Origin: Spirochaetia bacterium
GTDB lineage: Bacteria; Spirochaetota; Spirochaetia; SZUA-6; Bin103
DNA length: 64,000 nt
Assembly (NCBI GenBank): GCA_965199955.1
Contig: CBDATQ010000002.1
Span: 384,001-448,000, forward strand
Reading direction: 5' to 3'
How positions within the stretch are numbered: the stretch's first letter is position 1; each line of letters opens with the position of its first letter. This document shows positions 1-9,179 of this stretch, one piece after another. The notes under the pieces were generated by a model. That model did not search any database. It was not told the DNA's origin and saw only the letters and a list, made by a program, of their open reading frames with translations. Both the position numbers and the translations under genes were made by a program.

Positions 1-1
1 C

Positions 2-454
2 TCGGCGGCCGACGACGTCGAGGACAAGGTGCAGGGACTGGAACTGGGGGTGGACGACTACATCACCAAGCCGTTCAACTTCACCGAGGTGCTGGCCCGC
101 ATGCGCGCCGTACTGCACCGCCGCCATCTGCAGGAGCAGGTGACACGGCGCGAGCATCGGATCGGCGTGATCGAGTCGCTGAACGAGTCGCTGATCTTCT
201 TCTCCCAACATGTGCGGAGGCCCATCGAGCAGCAGTTGCGGCTGGTCGACGCCCCGGGAGCCGTGTCCGCCGAGACACTCGCCGACAGAATCAAGGACGA
301 TGCGCACGCGATCCTCACCAAGCTCGATGCTCTGGAGCAGGAAATCGGGGACCTGCAGCGTCAGGGCGACGAGCTCAAGGCGGGAGATCTCTCCCTCGAC
401 GAGCTCCATCGCCGGCTCGCCGGCATCGCCTCCGCGGGCGTCACCGGCTCCTGA
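2..454 (+). CDS. Response regulator (receiver C-terminal half plus coiled-coil/HisKA-like tail), 5'-truncated by window edge
   Basis: Frame open from base 2: [25 protein letters not shown], a receiver beta4-beta5 motif with conserved KP; stop TGA 452-454. Confidence 0.85.
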   Translation, partial: SAADDVEDKVQGLELGVDDYITKPFNFTEVLARMRAVLHRRHLQEQVTRREHRIGVIESLNESLIFFSQHVRRPIEQQLRLVDAPGAVSAETLADRIKDDAHAILTKLDALEQEIGDLQRQGDELKAGDLSLDELHRRLAGIASAGVTGS

Positions 455-510
455 CCGTGCTCGGACGCAAGAGGCCGTAGCGGCCCAGCGCCGATGCGCC
501 GCCCACGACC

Positions 511-852
511 TTGTCGGCCGAGACCCGGATGAAAGGACTGCTCCGGTTCGACAGCGTCCTGCAGATCAACGGCACGTTCGACGGAGAGATCCACTCCGCC
601 GGGCGGCTTCTGGTCGGCGAGAACGGGCAAGTGTGCGCCAAGATCGAGGTGGGGTCAGCGGTGATCGGCGGCACCGTGCGCGGCGACATCAAGGCGGCCG
701 ACAGTGTCGAGATGCTGGCGACTGCCCGAGTGTTCGGCGATGTCGGCACGGCACGGCTGATCGTCGCCGACGGCGCCGTCTTCGAAGGCGAGCTGGAGAT
801 GAGCGGCACGTCCGACAAGCGCGACGCGTCCGCGGCCCCGCTTGAGGGATAA
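511..852 (+). CDS. Bactofilin (polymer-forming cytoskeletal protein, CcmA/BacA family); true start may be GTG 457 upstream of an in-frame TAG at 478-480
   Basis: Beta-helix pattern LQINGTFDGEI...VIGGTVRGDIKA...VFGDV...LIVADGAVFEG. Confidence 0.88.
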   Translation: MSAETRMKGLLRFDSVLQINGTFDGEIHSAGRLLVGENGQVCAKIEVGSAVIGGTVRGDIKAADSVEMLATARVFGDVGTARLIVADGAVFEGELEMSGTSDKRDASAAPLEG

Positions 853-892
853 GGACGCGGGCCCGCCGCGCGATCCTGTTGTCTCGGCGGCC

Positions 893-922
893 TTGACACC
901 GCATTCTCCGCGCGATTAAGTT
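893..922 (+). promoter_or_regulatory. Probable sigma70-type promoter of rho
   Basis: TTGACA 893-898, 18-nt spacer, TAAGTT 917-922. Confidence 0.5.
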
Positions 923-1035
923 TCCACAAGCACTCACTCCTTCCCAGCGCCAAGCACGGGGCTGCGAGAACGCCATTCAGCAGGTACCGGACGGAAACGG
1001 CCGCGCCGATTCCGCGGGGAGTCCCGGGGAGCAAC

Positions 1036-2520
1036 ATGCCGGAAAAAAGCACAAGCAGACGGTCACGATCGCGAAAGAAGCTCAGGATCGAAGTCAAGGA
1101 CGGCTTCGACGGGGTCGACGGCACCTTGGCCCAACAGGCCGCCGTCGCGCAGGCGGAGCAGGCGGCTGAGAAGCAGGCGCAGACGTCGGGCAGCGATGGC
1201 ATCGACGGACTGCGGGCGCCGGTCGACGACGGAACCCCGCGCGAGAAGCTCCTGATCAGCGATGTCGCCGTAAAGGACCTGCCGGAGCTGCGCAGCCAGG
1301 CGGCTGCCATGGGGTTGAGCCCCGAAAGCCTCGTGGGGACGAAGAAGACGGATCTCATCTTCGGCATCCTCAAGGAACACACGCATGCCAAGGGTGGCGT
1401 GATCTACGCCCACGGCGTGTTGGAGATCCTCCCGGATGGATACGGCTTTCTGCGATCGCCCAACTACAGCTATCTCCCGGGGCCCGAGGACATATACGTG
1501 TCGCCGTCGCAGATCCGGCGATTCAACCTCAAGACCGGAGACACGGTCCATGGCCAGATCCGCCCCCCCAAGGACGGAGAGCGGTTCTTCGCGATGCTGC
1601 TCGTGGAGACGGTCAACGACAACCCGCCGGTCGTCGCGCAGAACCGGGTGCCGTTCGACCACCTCACGCCGCTGTATCCCGACGAGCAACTGAACCTGGA
1701 AACCGCCGATGGCAACCTGGAAACGCGGATGATGAACCTGTTCTGCCCCCTCGGCAAGGGGCAGCGCGGGCTGATCGTGTCGCCGCCGCGCGCCGGCAAG
1801 ACCATGCTGTTGCAGCGGGTCGCGAATGCCATTACGGAGAATCACCCCGAGGTCTTTCTGATCGTGCTGTTGATCGACGAGCGTCCCGAAGAGGTCACCG
1901 ACATGCAGCGCAACGTCAGGGGAGAGGTGGTTTCCTCCACGTTCGACGAACAGGCCACGCGGCACGTGCAGGTCGCGGAGATGGTGATCGAGAAGGCGCG
2001 CCGCCTGGTCGAGCACAAGCGGGACGTCGTGATACTGCTGGACTCGATCACCCGTCTGGCCCGCGCCTACAACCAGACCGTGCCGACGTCGGGCAAGATC
2101 CTGTCCGGCGGCGTCGACTCCAACGCCCTGCACAAGCCGAAGCGCTTCTTCGGCGCCGCGCGCAACGTCGAGCACGGCGGCAGCCTGACCATCGTCGCGA
2201 CCGGCCTGATCGAGACCGGCAGCCGCATGGACGAAGTCATCTTCGAGGAGTTCAAGGGCACCGGCAACATGGAGGTGCGCCTGGACCGCAAGATCGCCGA
2301 CCGCAGGATCTACCCGGCGATCAACATCAAGCAGACCGCCACCCGCAAGGAAGAGCTGCTCCTGAGCGATCAGGAGCTGGCAAAGCTGTGGATCCTGCGC
2401 AAGGTGCTCGGCCCCATGGACGAGCTGGAGACCGCCGAGCTGTTGATCGAGAAGATGCGCAAGACCAAGACCAACGATGCCTTCCTGCGCTCCATGAACA
2501 CCTCGGCCGTCGGCGACTGA
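1036..2520 (+). CDS. rho: Transcription termination factor Rho
   Basis: [26 protein letters not shown], Walker [31 protein letters not shown]. Confidence 0.99.
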   Translation: MPEKSTSRRSRSRKKLRIEVKDGFDGVDGTLAQQAAVAQAEQAAEKQAQTSGSDGIDGLRAPVDDGTPREKLLISDVAVKDLPELRSQAAAMGLSPESLVGTKKTDLIFGILKEHTHAKGGVIYAHGVLEILPDGYGFLRSPNYSYLPGPEDIYVSPSQIRRFNLKTGDTVHGQIRPPKDGERFFAMLLVETVNDNPPVVAQNRVPFDHLTPLYPDEQLNLETADGNLETRMMNLFCPLGKGQRGLIVSPPRAGKTMLLQRVANAITENHPEVFLIVLLIDERPEEVTDMQRNVRGEVVSSTFDEQATRHVQVAEMVIEKARRLVEHKRDVVILLDSITRLARAYNQTVPTSGKILSGGVDSNALHKPKRFFGAARNVEHGGSLTIVATGLIETGSRMDEVIFEEFKGTGNMEVRLDRKIADRRIYPAINIKQTATRKEELLLSDQELAKLWILRKVLGPMDELETAELLIEKMRKTKTNDAFLRSMNTSAVGD

Positions 2521-2546
2521 CCGTTCGCGGCCTTATCGCTCGCGGG

Positions 2547-3368
2547 TTGGCCGAATCACGCCGTGGGGCTCCGGCGTTCGCGCTGGACCGCGTCACGCTG
2601 CGCATCGACCGGACTCCCGTCCTGAAGGCCATGAGCTGGTCGGCGGAGACGGGGCAGCGCTGGGCGGTGCTGGGACCCAACGGCTGCGGCAAGAGCACCC
2701 TGCTGCGGTTGCTTGCCGGGCGAGCGCATCCTTCCTCCGGCACCGTCGACCTGCTGGGCCATCGCGTCGGCCGGGTCGACCTGGGCCCGTTGCGGTGTGC
2801 CATCGCCTGGGTGCACGCCGACCTGCTGCAGTGGATCCCTCGCTTCCAGACGGTGCTGGAGACCGTCGTCGCCGGCATGCGCGGCACCTTCGTGGTCTAC
2901 GACCGGATCGCACCGCCGGAGGCGGCTCGGGCGCAGGAGGAGTTGCACGCGGTCGGCATGTGGCCGTTGCGCGAACGCCGGTTCGTGACGCTGTCCACCG
3001 GCGAGCGACAGCGTACGCTCATCGCGCGCGCGTTCGCAGCGCGCCCGGCGCTGGTGCTGCTGGACGAGCCGTGCGCGGGTCTGGACCCGCGGGCGCGCGA
3101 GGAGTTCCTGACGGCGCTGCGCACGGCCGTCGACCGATCGTCCAGCGATGGATCGCCCGCCACGGTCGTCTACGTCACCCACAGCATCGAGGAGCTGGAC
3201 GGCTCCTACGACGGAGTCCTGCTGATGAAGGACGGTGCGGGAGCGGGCGCCGGGCCGCCTGCGAAACAGCTTACCGACGCGAACCTGTCACGACTGTTCG
3301 GCGTGCCGTGCGCGGTGATCGCCGACGGCGGCCGCTACTGGCTGCATGTCGGCCCAGCAGCAGGATGA
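2547..3368 (+). CDS. ABC transporter ATP-binding protein (ModF-like), start uncertain
   Basis: Walker A GPNGCGKS, signature LSTGE, Walker B LLDEP, H-loop YVTH. Confidence 0.88.
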   Translation: MAESRRGAPAFALDRVTLRIDRTPVLKAMSWSAETGQRWAVLGPNGCGKSTLLRLLAGRAHPSSGTVDLLGHRVGRVDLGPLRCAIAWVHADLLQWIPRFQTVLETVVAGMRGTFVVYDRIAPPEAARAQEELHAVGMWPLRERRFVTLSTGERQRTLIARAFAARPALVLLDEPCAGLDPRAREEFLTALRTAVDRSSSDGSPATVVYVTHSIEELDGSYDGVLLMKDGAGAGAGPPAKQLTDANLSRLFGVPCAVIADGGRYWLHVGPAAG

Positions 3369-4923
3369 GGACGAGGATCAGGGCGACGGGCAGGTAGTCG
3401 CCGAAGGCGGTATACGGCGTCGTGGCCGGCGTCGCCGGCAGGTGCAGCGTGACCAGAGCGGCATCCTCGGTGAACGGCGGCAGTACGGATCCCGGAATCG
3501 TCCGCCCGTACACGTCGAGGGCTGCGGTGATGCCGCCGTTGGTCGATCGGAGCAGCGGCCGCGCATTCTCCACGGACCGGAAGCGCGCCGCCACCAGGTG
3601 CTGGGTCTCCGACGACACGGTGCGCGACCACGAGTCGTTGGTGAGGTTGACCAGCACCTCCGCCCCGGCGCGGACGAAGCGCCGGTTCAAGGCGGGAAAG
3701 GCGTCCTCGAAGCAGATCGGTGTCGACAGGCGCACGCCGCGGCCGTCGGACAGGCTGACGGTGAACACCGTCGGATGGTCGCCGGCGACCCATCCGGCGC
3801 CGATGCCGACCGCCGAACGATAGAACCGGCGCACGAAATCGATCTCGTAGAACGGCACCGCCTCCGCGAACGGAACGAGTTGCTGCTTGCGGTAGTGGTC
3901 GAACCGGCTCGCTCCCGGGCCGATCAGGAAGGAGGAGTTGCTGTGCTCGCCGGCATCGGCATCGACTTCGTAGGGAGCGCCTGTGATCAAGTGAACATTC
4001 AGTCCCCGCAGGAACGGCGCCAGCGGGTCGCCGTCCGGCATGACCTCATAGGACTCGGCGTCCGGGTGGCCGAGCGGCTGGTAGATCAGGGCAGTCTCGC
4101 TCCAGACCACAAGGTCGAGGTCGCCTTCTTCAAGCACCTGGCGCGTGAGCCGCATCAGGGTCAGAAGGCTGTCGCTGATGGCTCGGTAACGGGAGATGGG
4201 GTCTTGAGAGGCCCATGGATCGTGGTTGTGCTGGATCAGCGCCACCTCGATCGGCGTGCCCGCTCCGGCCCCCGACTCCCGGCTCGCATCGGCGCCGAGG
4301 CGGATGAAGCCGTACCCCAGCGCGCCGATCGCCAGCACCGCGACCATGAGCCAGGTCCGTACCGGTTGCTGCCGCCACGGCCGCTGCACCCCTTCCGCGA
4401 CCGCGGCGTTGACCAGCGCCATCAGCAGCGACAGTCCCCACACGCCGGTCAGCGCCGTGAACTGGATCAGCGGGGTGACCGTGTTCACCGGATAGGCAGC
4501 CAGCCCCCAGGGGAAGCCCAGGAACCCGGACGACTTCAAGTACTCGTAGACCGTCCAGGCGGCGGCGACGGCATACGGGCGCAGCCGGCCGCCGGCGACG
4601 GCAACGCCGCGGAGCATCGGCCCCAGGATGGCCCCGAGCAGCGCATAGCCCAGTACCGGGCCTCCCAGCGTCCAGAGTGCGTACTCGTGGAAGTACTGAA
4701 GCCAGTAGTACGACAGCGGCGTGGCCACCAGCATGAACAGGACGGTGGCGGCGGCTGCCTGTGCATGGGAGCGGCAGTGGTAGATCGACAGGAACAGCGG
4801 CGCGAAGGCAAAAATCCCGAGCAGCGGATTGCCAAGCGGCGCAAGCTCGTTCGGGAGAGCCAGGGGCACGGCGATCGCGGATACGGCCGCCGGCACGTAG
4901 CGATGGAGCCACACCTGCGCCAT
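3271..4923 (-). CDS. lnt: Apolipoprotein N-acyltransferase
   Basis: TM N-terminus, GFPWG, nitrilase triad motifs VWSE, YRKQQLVPFAE, ICFED, NLTNDSW, RSTNGG; ATG at 4923. Confidence 0.95.
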   Translation of the reverse strand: MAQVWLHRYVPAAVSAIAVPLALPNELAPLGNPLLGIFAFAPLFLSIYHCRSHAQAAAATVLFMLVATPLSYYWLQYFHEYALWTLGGPVLGYALLGAILGPMLRGVAVAGGRLRPYAVAAAWTVYEYLKSSGFLGFPWGLAAYPVNTVTPLIQFTALTGVWGLSLLMALVNAAVAEGVQRPWRQQPVRTWLMVAVLAIGALGYGFIRLGADASRESGAGAGTPIEVALIQHNHDPWASQDPISRYRAISDSLLTLMRLTRQVLEEGDLDLVVWSETALIYQPLGHPDAESYEVMPDGDPLAPFLRGLNVHLITGAPYEVDADAGEHSNSSFLIGPGASRFDHYRKQQLVPFAEAVPFYEIDFVRRFYRSAVGIGAGWVAGDHPTVFTVSLSDGRGVRLSTPICFEDAFPALNRRFVRAGAEVLVNLTNDSWSRTVSSETQHLVAARFRSVENARPLLRSTNGGITAALDVYGRTIPGSVLPPFTEDAALVTLHLPATPATTPYTAFGDYLPVALILVLILLLGRHAASSGRRRRSPRTARRTVVTGSRR

Positions 4924-4965
4924 GGTAGCTCGCTTCCGAAGCTCGTTCGCGCTAAGCTGCCCGCC

Positions 4966-5325
4966 GTGTTCGCCGACCTGCAGCGCAAGTGGGACGATCT
5001 GTGTACGCAGTGTGGGCAGTGCTGCTATCGGCGCGATCGGGTGCAAGGCGACCTGGTCATCGACCGTGACTCGCCGTGCCGGTTTCTGGATGTGTCGACC
5101 CAGCTCTGCACGGTCTACGAGTCACGGCTGTCGACCTGTGCGAACTGCAAGCGCCTGACGATCTTCCACGCGCTGTTCTCGCGCTATCTGCCCGACGACT
5201 GCGGGTACGTGGAAGCGTTCAGGATATGGCGTAAACCACCCACCGACCGTCAGCGTCCCGCAGCTCCAGGCTCTGCCCCGAACGGAACGACGGAAACGCC
5301 TCCCGATACTGCGCCTCGAAGCTGA
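4966..5325 (+). CDS. YkgJ/YcgN-like cysteine-cluster protein
   Basis: WDDLCTQCGQCC...PCRFLD...CTVYESR...C...LPDDCGY; GTG at 4966. Confidence 0.8.
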   Translation: MFADLQRKWDDLCTQCGQCCYRRDRVQGDLVIDRDSPCRFLDVSTQLCTVYESRLSTCANCKRLTIFHALFSRYLPDDCGYVEAFRIWRKPPTDRQRPAAPGSAPNGTTETPPDTAPRS

Positions 5326-6388
5326 TCTCGACCCGGTACCGCGCAGCCCCATCGTCCGCGTCCAGGGCCTCGACCATGCCCACCGTGATCACCTCGTCGG
5401 CGGTCAGGCCGCGGTAGGGAGAGTTGCCGAAGTAGTCGTCCAGCATCGTTCGCAGCGACTCGCGCGTCACTGCCGACCCGTCCGGAAGGCGAATCTCGTG
5501 GTCGACGGCTGCCAGCACGCCGGCGGTGTCCTTCTCCAGGAAGCGGTCGGCCCCGTCGAGCACCGCCGTGACGACGGATGTCCGGTCGGCCAGCGCCTTG
5601 TTGCGGGCATCCGAGGCGCTCATGCGCCGTTCGGCTTCCGCGGCCGACTCCATCGGAGCGGGCGACCAGTTGGCAGGGACCCGTTGCTCGTTGGAGAACA
5701 GGATCGCCGAGACCAGCCACGTGTCTCCGACGGGGCGCAGCACGAACCGCTGCTGCGTGCCCCAGAACGGAACGGCGGCCGACAGATCCATGCGAGCGTC
5801 CACGCTGACCTCGAAGGCGTCCGCCAGGGCCCCGGTTCCGATCCCGTAGCGGTGAGCCATCACGTTGTCGACGTCGTAAATCTGGCCGAGCGAGATTCCC
5901 GCCAGCGATCGCTCGGCGAACAGCGCGTCCAGCACGGAGTGCGCCTGGGAGCGGGTCACGTTCGTTCCCGCCACGAATACCGAGCCGTCCAGCATGGACA
6001 CGATCGCGTCGGAGTCGTGGGCCAGGAAGGCGCTTGCGAGACGCAGCAGCTGCGATACCACCAAGCTGGATGTCCAGCCCGTCGTGTCGACCTCTTCAGC
6101 CGGCGGCCGGTCGGGCAGGTCGATCTTCTCGCGTTGCTGCTCCCCGATGGCATCCGGGTCCAGAGCGGGGTTCAGTTCGAAGGCGAGCCGGCGCATCCCT
6201 GCGGCCAGCTCGATCTTGCCGACTTCCTCGTACTGAAGACCTGCCAAGTAGTACGACTCGGCCATCTCGACCTTTTTCTCCGGGGGAAGAGCCGCCAGAT
6301 CGGCCGGCAGGGCGAGGGCCGGCGTCCCCAGCGCCAGCAGACAAGTGACGAGTGCTGTTGCGGTCAAGAACCGGCGAACGGTAACCAT
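5219..6388 (-). CDS. Hypothetical exported protein (signal peptide, short TPR-like helix pair, two related NTF2-like domains)
   Basis: MVTVRRFLTATALVTCLLALGTPALA signal peptide; internal similarity FLAHDSDAIV/FLEKDTAGVL and GDTWLVSAI/DGRWVVYAI. Confidence 0.75.
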   Translation of the reverse strand: MVTVRRFLTATALVTCLLALGTPALALPADLAALPPEKKVEMAESYYLAGLQYEEVGKIELAAGMRRLAFELNPALDPDAIGEQQREKIDLPDRPPAEEVDTTGWTSSLVVSQLLRLASAFLAHDSDAIVSMLDGSVFVAGTNVTRSQAHSVLDALFAERSLAGISLGQIYDVDNVMAHRYGIGTGALADAFEVSVDARMDLSAAVPFWGTQQRFVLRPVGDTWLVSAILFSNEQRVPANWSPAPMESAAEAERRMSASDARNKALADRTSVVTAVLDGADRFLEKDTAGVLAAVDHEIRLPDGSAVTRESLRTMLDDYFGNSPYRGLTADEVITVGMVEALDADDGAARYRVEISFEAQYREAFPSFRSGQSLELRDADGRWVVYAIS

Positions 6389-6477
6389 GGCGGGTAACAC
6401 TATACCATCAATGGCGGCGTGTGACGAGACGACGCAAGCGCCGGTCGGACGGGAGTCGTGGGCCGCGCGCGGAACTT

Positions 6478-6562
6478 TGCCGGAGACCGGATTCGAACCG
6501 GTACGGTCCATGCGGACCAGGGGATTTTAAGTCCCCGGTGTCTACCGTTTCACCACTCCGGC
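6478..6562 (-). tRNA. tRNA-Leu(TAA)
   Basis: Acceptor GCCGGAG/CTCCGGC, anticodon arm GGGGA-CTTAAAA-TCCCC, long variable arm, GGTTCGAATCC. Confidence 0.95.
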
Positions 6563-6670
6563 GCGGGTCCGGAGCCTAACGACGGCTCCGACGCCGGGTC
6601 AAACCTCGGCGCGCTACCGCCCCCCGCACGGATTTGACCGTTACGCCCCGAGCGTACTATCGTTGGTGAC

Positions 6671-7009
6671 GTGTATGCGCTCGTAGAGATCAAGGGAAAG
6701 CAGTACCGGGTGAGTCCCGGTACTGAAATCGTCGTCGATCGACTGTCGGCCGCGCAGGCGGAGTCGTTCGATCTGGACTCGGTCCTGCTGCTGTCCGACG
6801 GTCGTGACGTACGGGTAGGCAATCCGTATGTCGCCGACGCACGGGTACGCGCGCGTGTGGCCGGTGAGGAGCGCGGCAGGAAGATCAGGGTGTCGACCTA
6901 CCGCCGCCGCAAGCGCACGCAGCGCACGCGGGGCCACCGGCAGCGCTACACGCGTCTGGTGATCGAGGACGTGGTCGCGGGCGCAGCCGGGGAAGCCGCG
7001 GCTTCCTGA
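6671..7009 (+). CDS. rplU: 50S ribosomal protein bL21
   Basis: MYALVEIKGKQYRV...VGNPYV...RGHRQRYT. Confidence 0.98.
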   Translation: MYALVEIKGKQYRVSPGTEIVVDRLSAAQAESFDLDSVLLLSDGRDVRVGNPYVADARVRARVAGEERGRKIRVSTYRRRKRTQRTRGHRQRYTRLVIEDVVAGAAGEAAAS

Positions 7010-7021
7010 GGAGAGGCGGAC

Positions 7022-7312
7022 ATGGCTCACAAGAAGGGTGGAGGAAGCTCGCGCAACGGGCGCGACTCGATCGGCCGCAGGCTCGGCGTCAAGCGCTACG
7101 GTGGCGAACGCGTACACGCGGGCGCCGTTCTGGTACGTCAACGCGGAACCCGGGTGCATCCCGGTCCGAATGTCGGCCTGGGCAGCGACGACACGCTGTT
7201 CGCACGGTCTTCCGGTCTGGTCAGGTATTACCGTCGCCGCAACCGGAAGTTCGTCTGCGTCGATTCCAGCGGCCCTGTTGACGGCCCTGCGGAGCAGCCC
7301 GTCGCGCGCTGA
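7022..7312 (+). CDS. rpmA: 50S ribosomal protein bL27
   Basis: [16 protein letters not shown]...RLGVK...VRQRGT; SD GAGGAG. Confidence 0.99.
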   Translation: MAHKKGGGSSRNGRDSIGRRLGVKRYGGERVHAGAVLVRQRGTRVHPGPNVGLGSDDTLFARSSGLVRYYRRRNRKFVCVDSSGPVDGPAEQPVAR

Positions 7313-7369
7313 CCGGCGTCCGTGCGGACGGCTGCCGGCTGCCCCGTGTCCTGCGCCGGACCGGGTGCC

Positions 7370-7933
7370 GTGAGGACGGCCATCTTCGGAGGGACCTTCA
7401 ATCCGGTCCACAACGGCCATCTCCATCTCGCCGCCACCGTCTGCGCGGAGTTGGCGTACGGGCAGGTGATCTTCGTACCCGCGCACGTTCCGCCGCACAA
7501 GGACGCCGACGAGCTGATCGCCGGCTCGCACCGGCTGGCGATGCTGCGCCGGGCGGTCGCCGGACACGATGCCTTCCGGGTGGACTCGTGCGAATTGGAC
7601 CGCCGCGGGGTTTCCTACACCATCGACACGGTGCGATACCTCGGCGCGGTGCGCGGCCGGTTGGGAGTCATCATCGGTGACGATCTGGCGGCCGACTACC
7701 GGTCATGGCGCGAGGCGCCCAGCCTGGCCCGTGAGGCCGACCTGATCCTGGGCCGGCGCTTCGACGGCAGCGCGCCGCTGCCGTTCCCGCACCGGGTCGT
7801 CGGCAACGTGCGGCTGCCGCTCTCTTCCCGGCTCATCCGCGACCGGCTGCGCGCCGGCCTTCCGGTCGATCATCTCACGCCGCCCGCGGTCCTCGAGTAC
7901 ATCCGCTCCCACGGGCTCTATGGCGCGACATGA
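7370..7933 (+). CDS. nadD: Nicotinate-nucleotide adenylyltransferase
   Basis: IFGGTFNPVHNGH, PPHK, SYTIDT, IIGDD, LSSRLIR. Confidence 0.95.
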   Translation: MRTAIFGGTFNPVHNGHLHLAATVCAELAYGQVIFVPAHVPPHKDADELIAGSHRLAMLRRAVAGHDAFRVDSCELDRRGVSYTIDTVRYLGAVRGRLGVIIGDDLAADYRSWREAPSLAREADLILGRRFDGSAPLPFPHRVVGNVRLPLSSRLIRDRLRAGLPVDHLTPPAVLEYIRSHGLYGAT

Positions 7934-9177
7934 GGGTTGCCGGCCCGCGCCGGGGACGGGCGGTGACAGGGGTGATCACGGGGCTCATCGTGGTCATCGC
8001 GACCGGCGCATTCGTCCTGAGCTTCGTAAGACTGCGCAGCGACGCGGTGAGCGACCTGATCGATGCCCAGGGTCGCATCGCCGTGACCTTCATGCTTCCC
8101 ATCGACGAACCGTCGCCTTCCTTCGAGGTGCTCATGCTCGACGCGAGGACCGGCCGCGCGGCGTTGCTGTTCGTTCCCGGGTCGATCGGCGTGGTGCTCC
8201 CGGACCCGCAGCGGATCGGCCCCATTGCGACGCTGTACGGCCCGGACGGCCACGCCGAGCTTGGCGGGCGCCTGGCCGAGCTCCTCGATCTGCAACTCGA
8301 CTTCTACGTCGACCTGTCGTACGAAGGGCTCGGGCGGCTGGTCGATGTACTCGGCGGCGTCGAGGTCGTGATCCCGGACACCATTCAGATCCTCGATACG
8401 GAGCGCCGCGTTCTGCTGCCATCAGGCAGCGTGGTGCTGGATGGCGACATGGCGCGTGCCTACCTCTCCTACCGGACCGCCGAGGAACCGGCCGCCGAGC
8501 GGGTCGAACGGGTGCACCGCCTGATGCAGGGCCTGCTGCGATCCATAGCCGACAGCCCTGTGGTGCTGTCCGATCCCACCGCGAAGCGATTGCTGTACTA
8601 TGCGGTCGTCACCGATCTGAACCGGCGTGCCTTCGACCGACTGTTCGCCACGCTGGTCGAACTGGACACCGACAGGATCAGTTTGCTGCGGGTCCTGGGA
8701 AGAGTTCAGGAGGTCAACGATCGCCCGCTGCTGTTCCCGTATGAAGAGGGCGCGCTCCTGCGGGATTCCGTCAAGCAGACCATCGCCGCCCTGTCCGTTC
8801 CGCTGGACGCCGGGGACGGGGACGTGACTCCCGCCGTGGAGGTGCTCAACGGCACCCGCACGAGCGGTCTGGCTGCGCAGGCGGCGACGGTCTTCGAGAG
8901 CTTCGGCTACCGGGTCGTGGCAGTGGACAACGCGGACCACCCCGATTACGAGCGGACGCTGTTCGTCGGCCGGCGGGGCGATCCGGAGCAGGCACGTCTG
9001 GTTGCTGCCTTGATTCAGTGCGAAGGGGATACAGCGCAGGCCGCGGACAGGGCCATCGCCGCGGACGCGGACAGAGTCATCACCCCGGATCGTGCCATCG
9101 CTGCGTCGTCGGCCGTCGCGGACGTGACGGTGATCCTGGGGCGCGACTTCAACGGCCGCATCTGTCAGTCGCGGTAG
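7930..9177 (+). CDS. LCP family protein with LytR C-terminal domain
   Basis: N-terminal TM, LVDVLGGVEV, LDGDMARAYLSYR, VEVLNGTRTSGLA, VTVILGRDF. Confidence 0.88.
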   Translation: MRVAGPRRGRAVTGVITGLIVVIATGAFVLSFVRLRSDAVSDLIDAQGRIAVTFMLPIDEPSPSFEVLMLDARTGRAALLFVPGSIGVVLPDPQRIGPIATLYGPDGHAELGGRLAELLDLQLDFYVDLSYEGLGRLVDVLGGVEVVIPDTIQILDTERRVLLPSGSVVLDGDMARAYLSYRTAEEPAAERVERVHRLMQGLLRSIADSPVVLSDPTAKRLLYYAVVTDLNRRAFDRLFATLVELDTDRISLLRVLGRVQEVNDRPLLFPYEEGALLRDSVKQTIAALSVPLDAGDGDVTPAVEVLNGTRTSGLAAQAATVFESFGYRVVAVDNADHPDYERTLFVGRRGDPEQARLVAALIQCEGDTAQAADRAIAADADRVITPDRAIAASSAVADVTVILGRDFNGRICQSR

Positions 9178-9179
9178 AC

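Noticed and set aside
1063..2175. Long antisense and alternative-frame ORFs (e.g. 1063-2175, 12525-14738, 35092-37053, 37066-38652, 40334-42640)
   Set aside because: Shadows of well-identified genes caused by high GC3 and stop-codon scarcity; no family motifs
3346..5325. 659-aa plus-strand ORF as one protein
   Set aside because: Only the last 119 codons (cysteine cluster) look real; the rest is antisense to lnt
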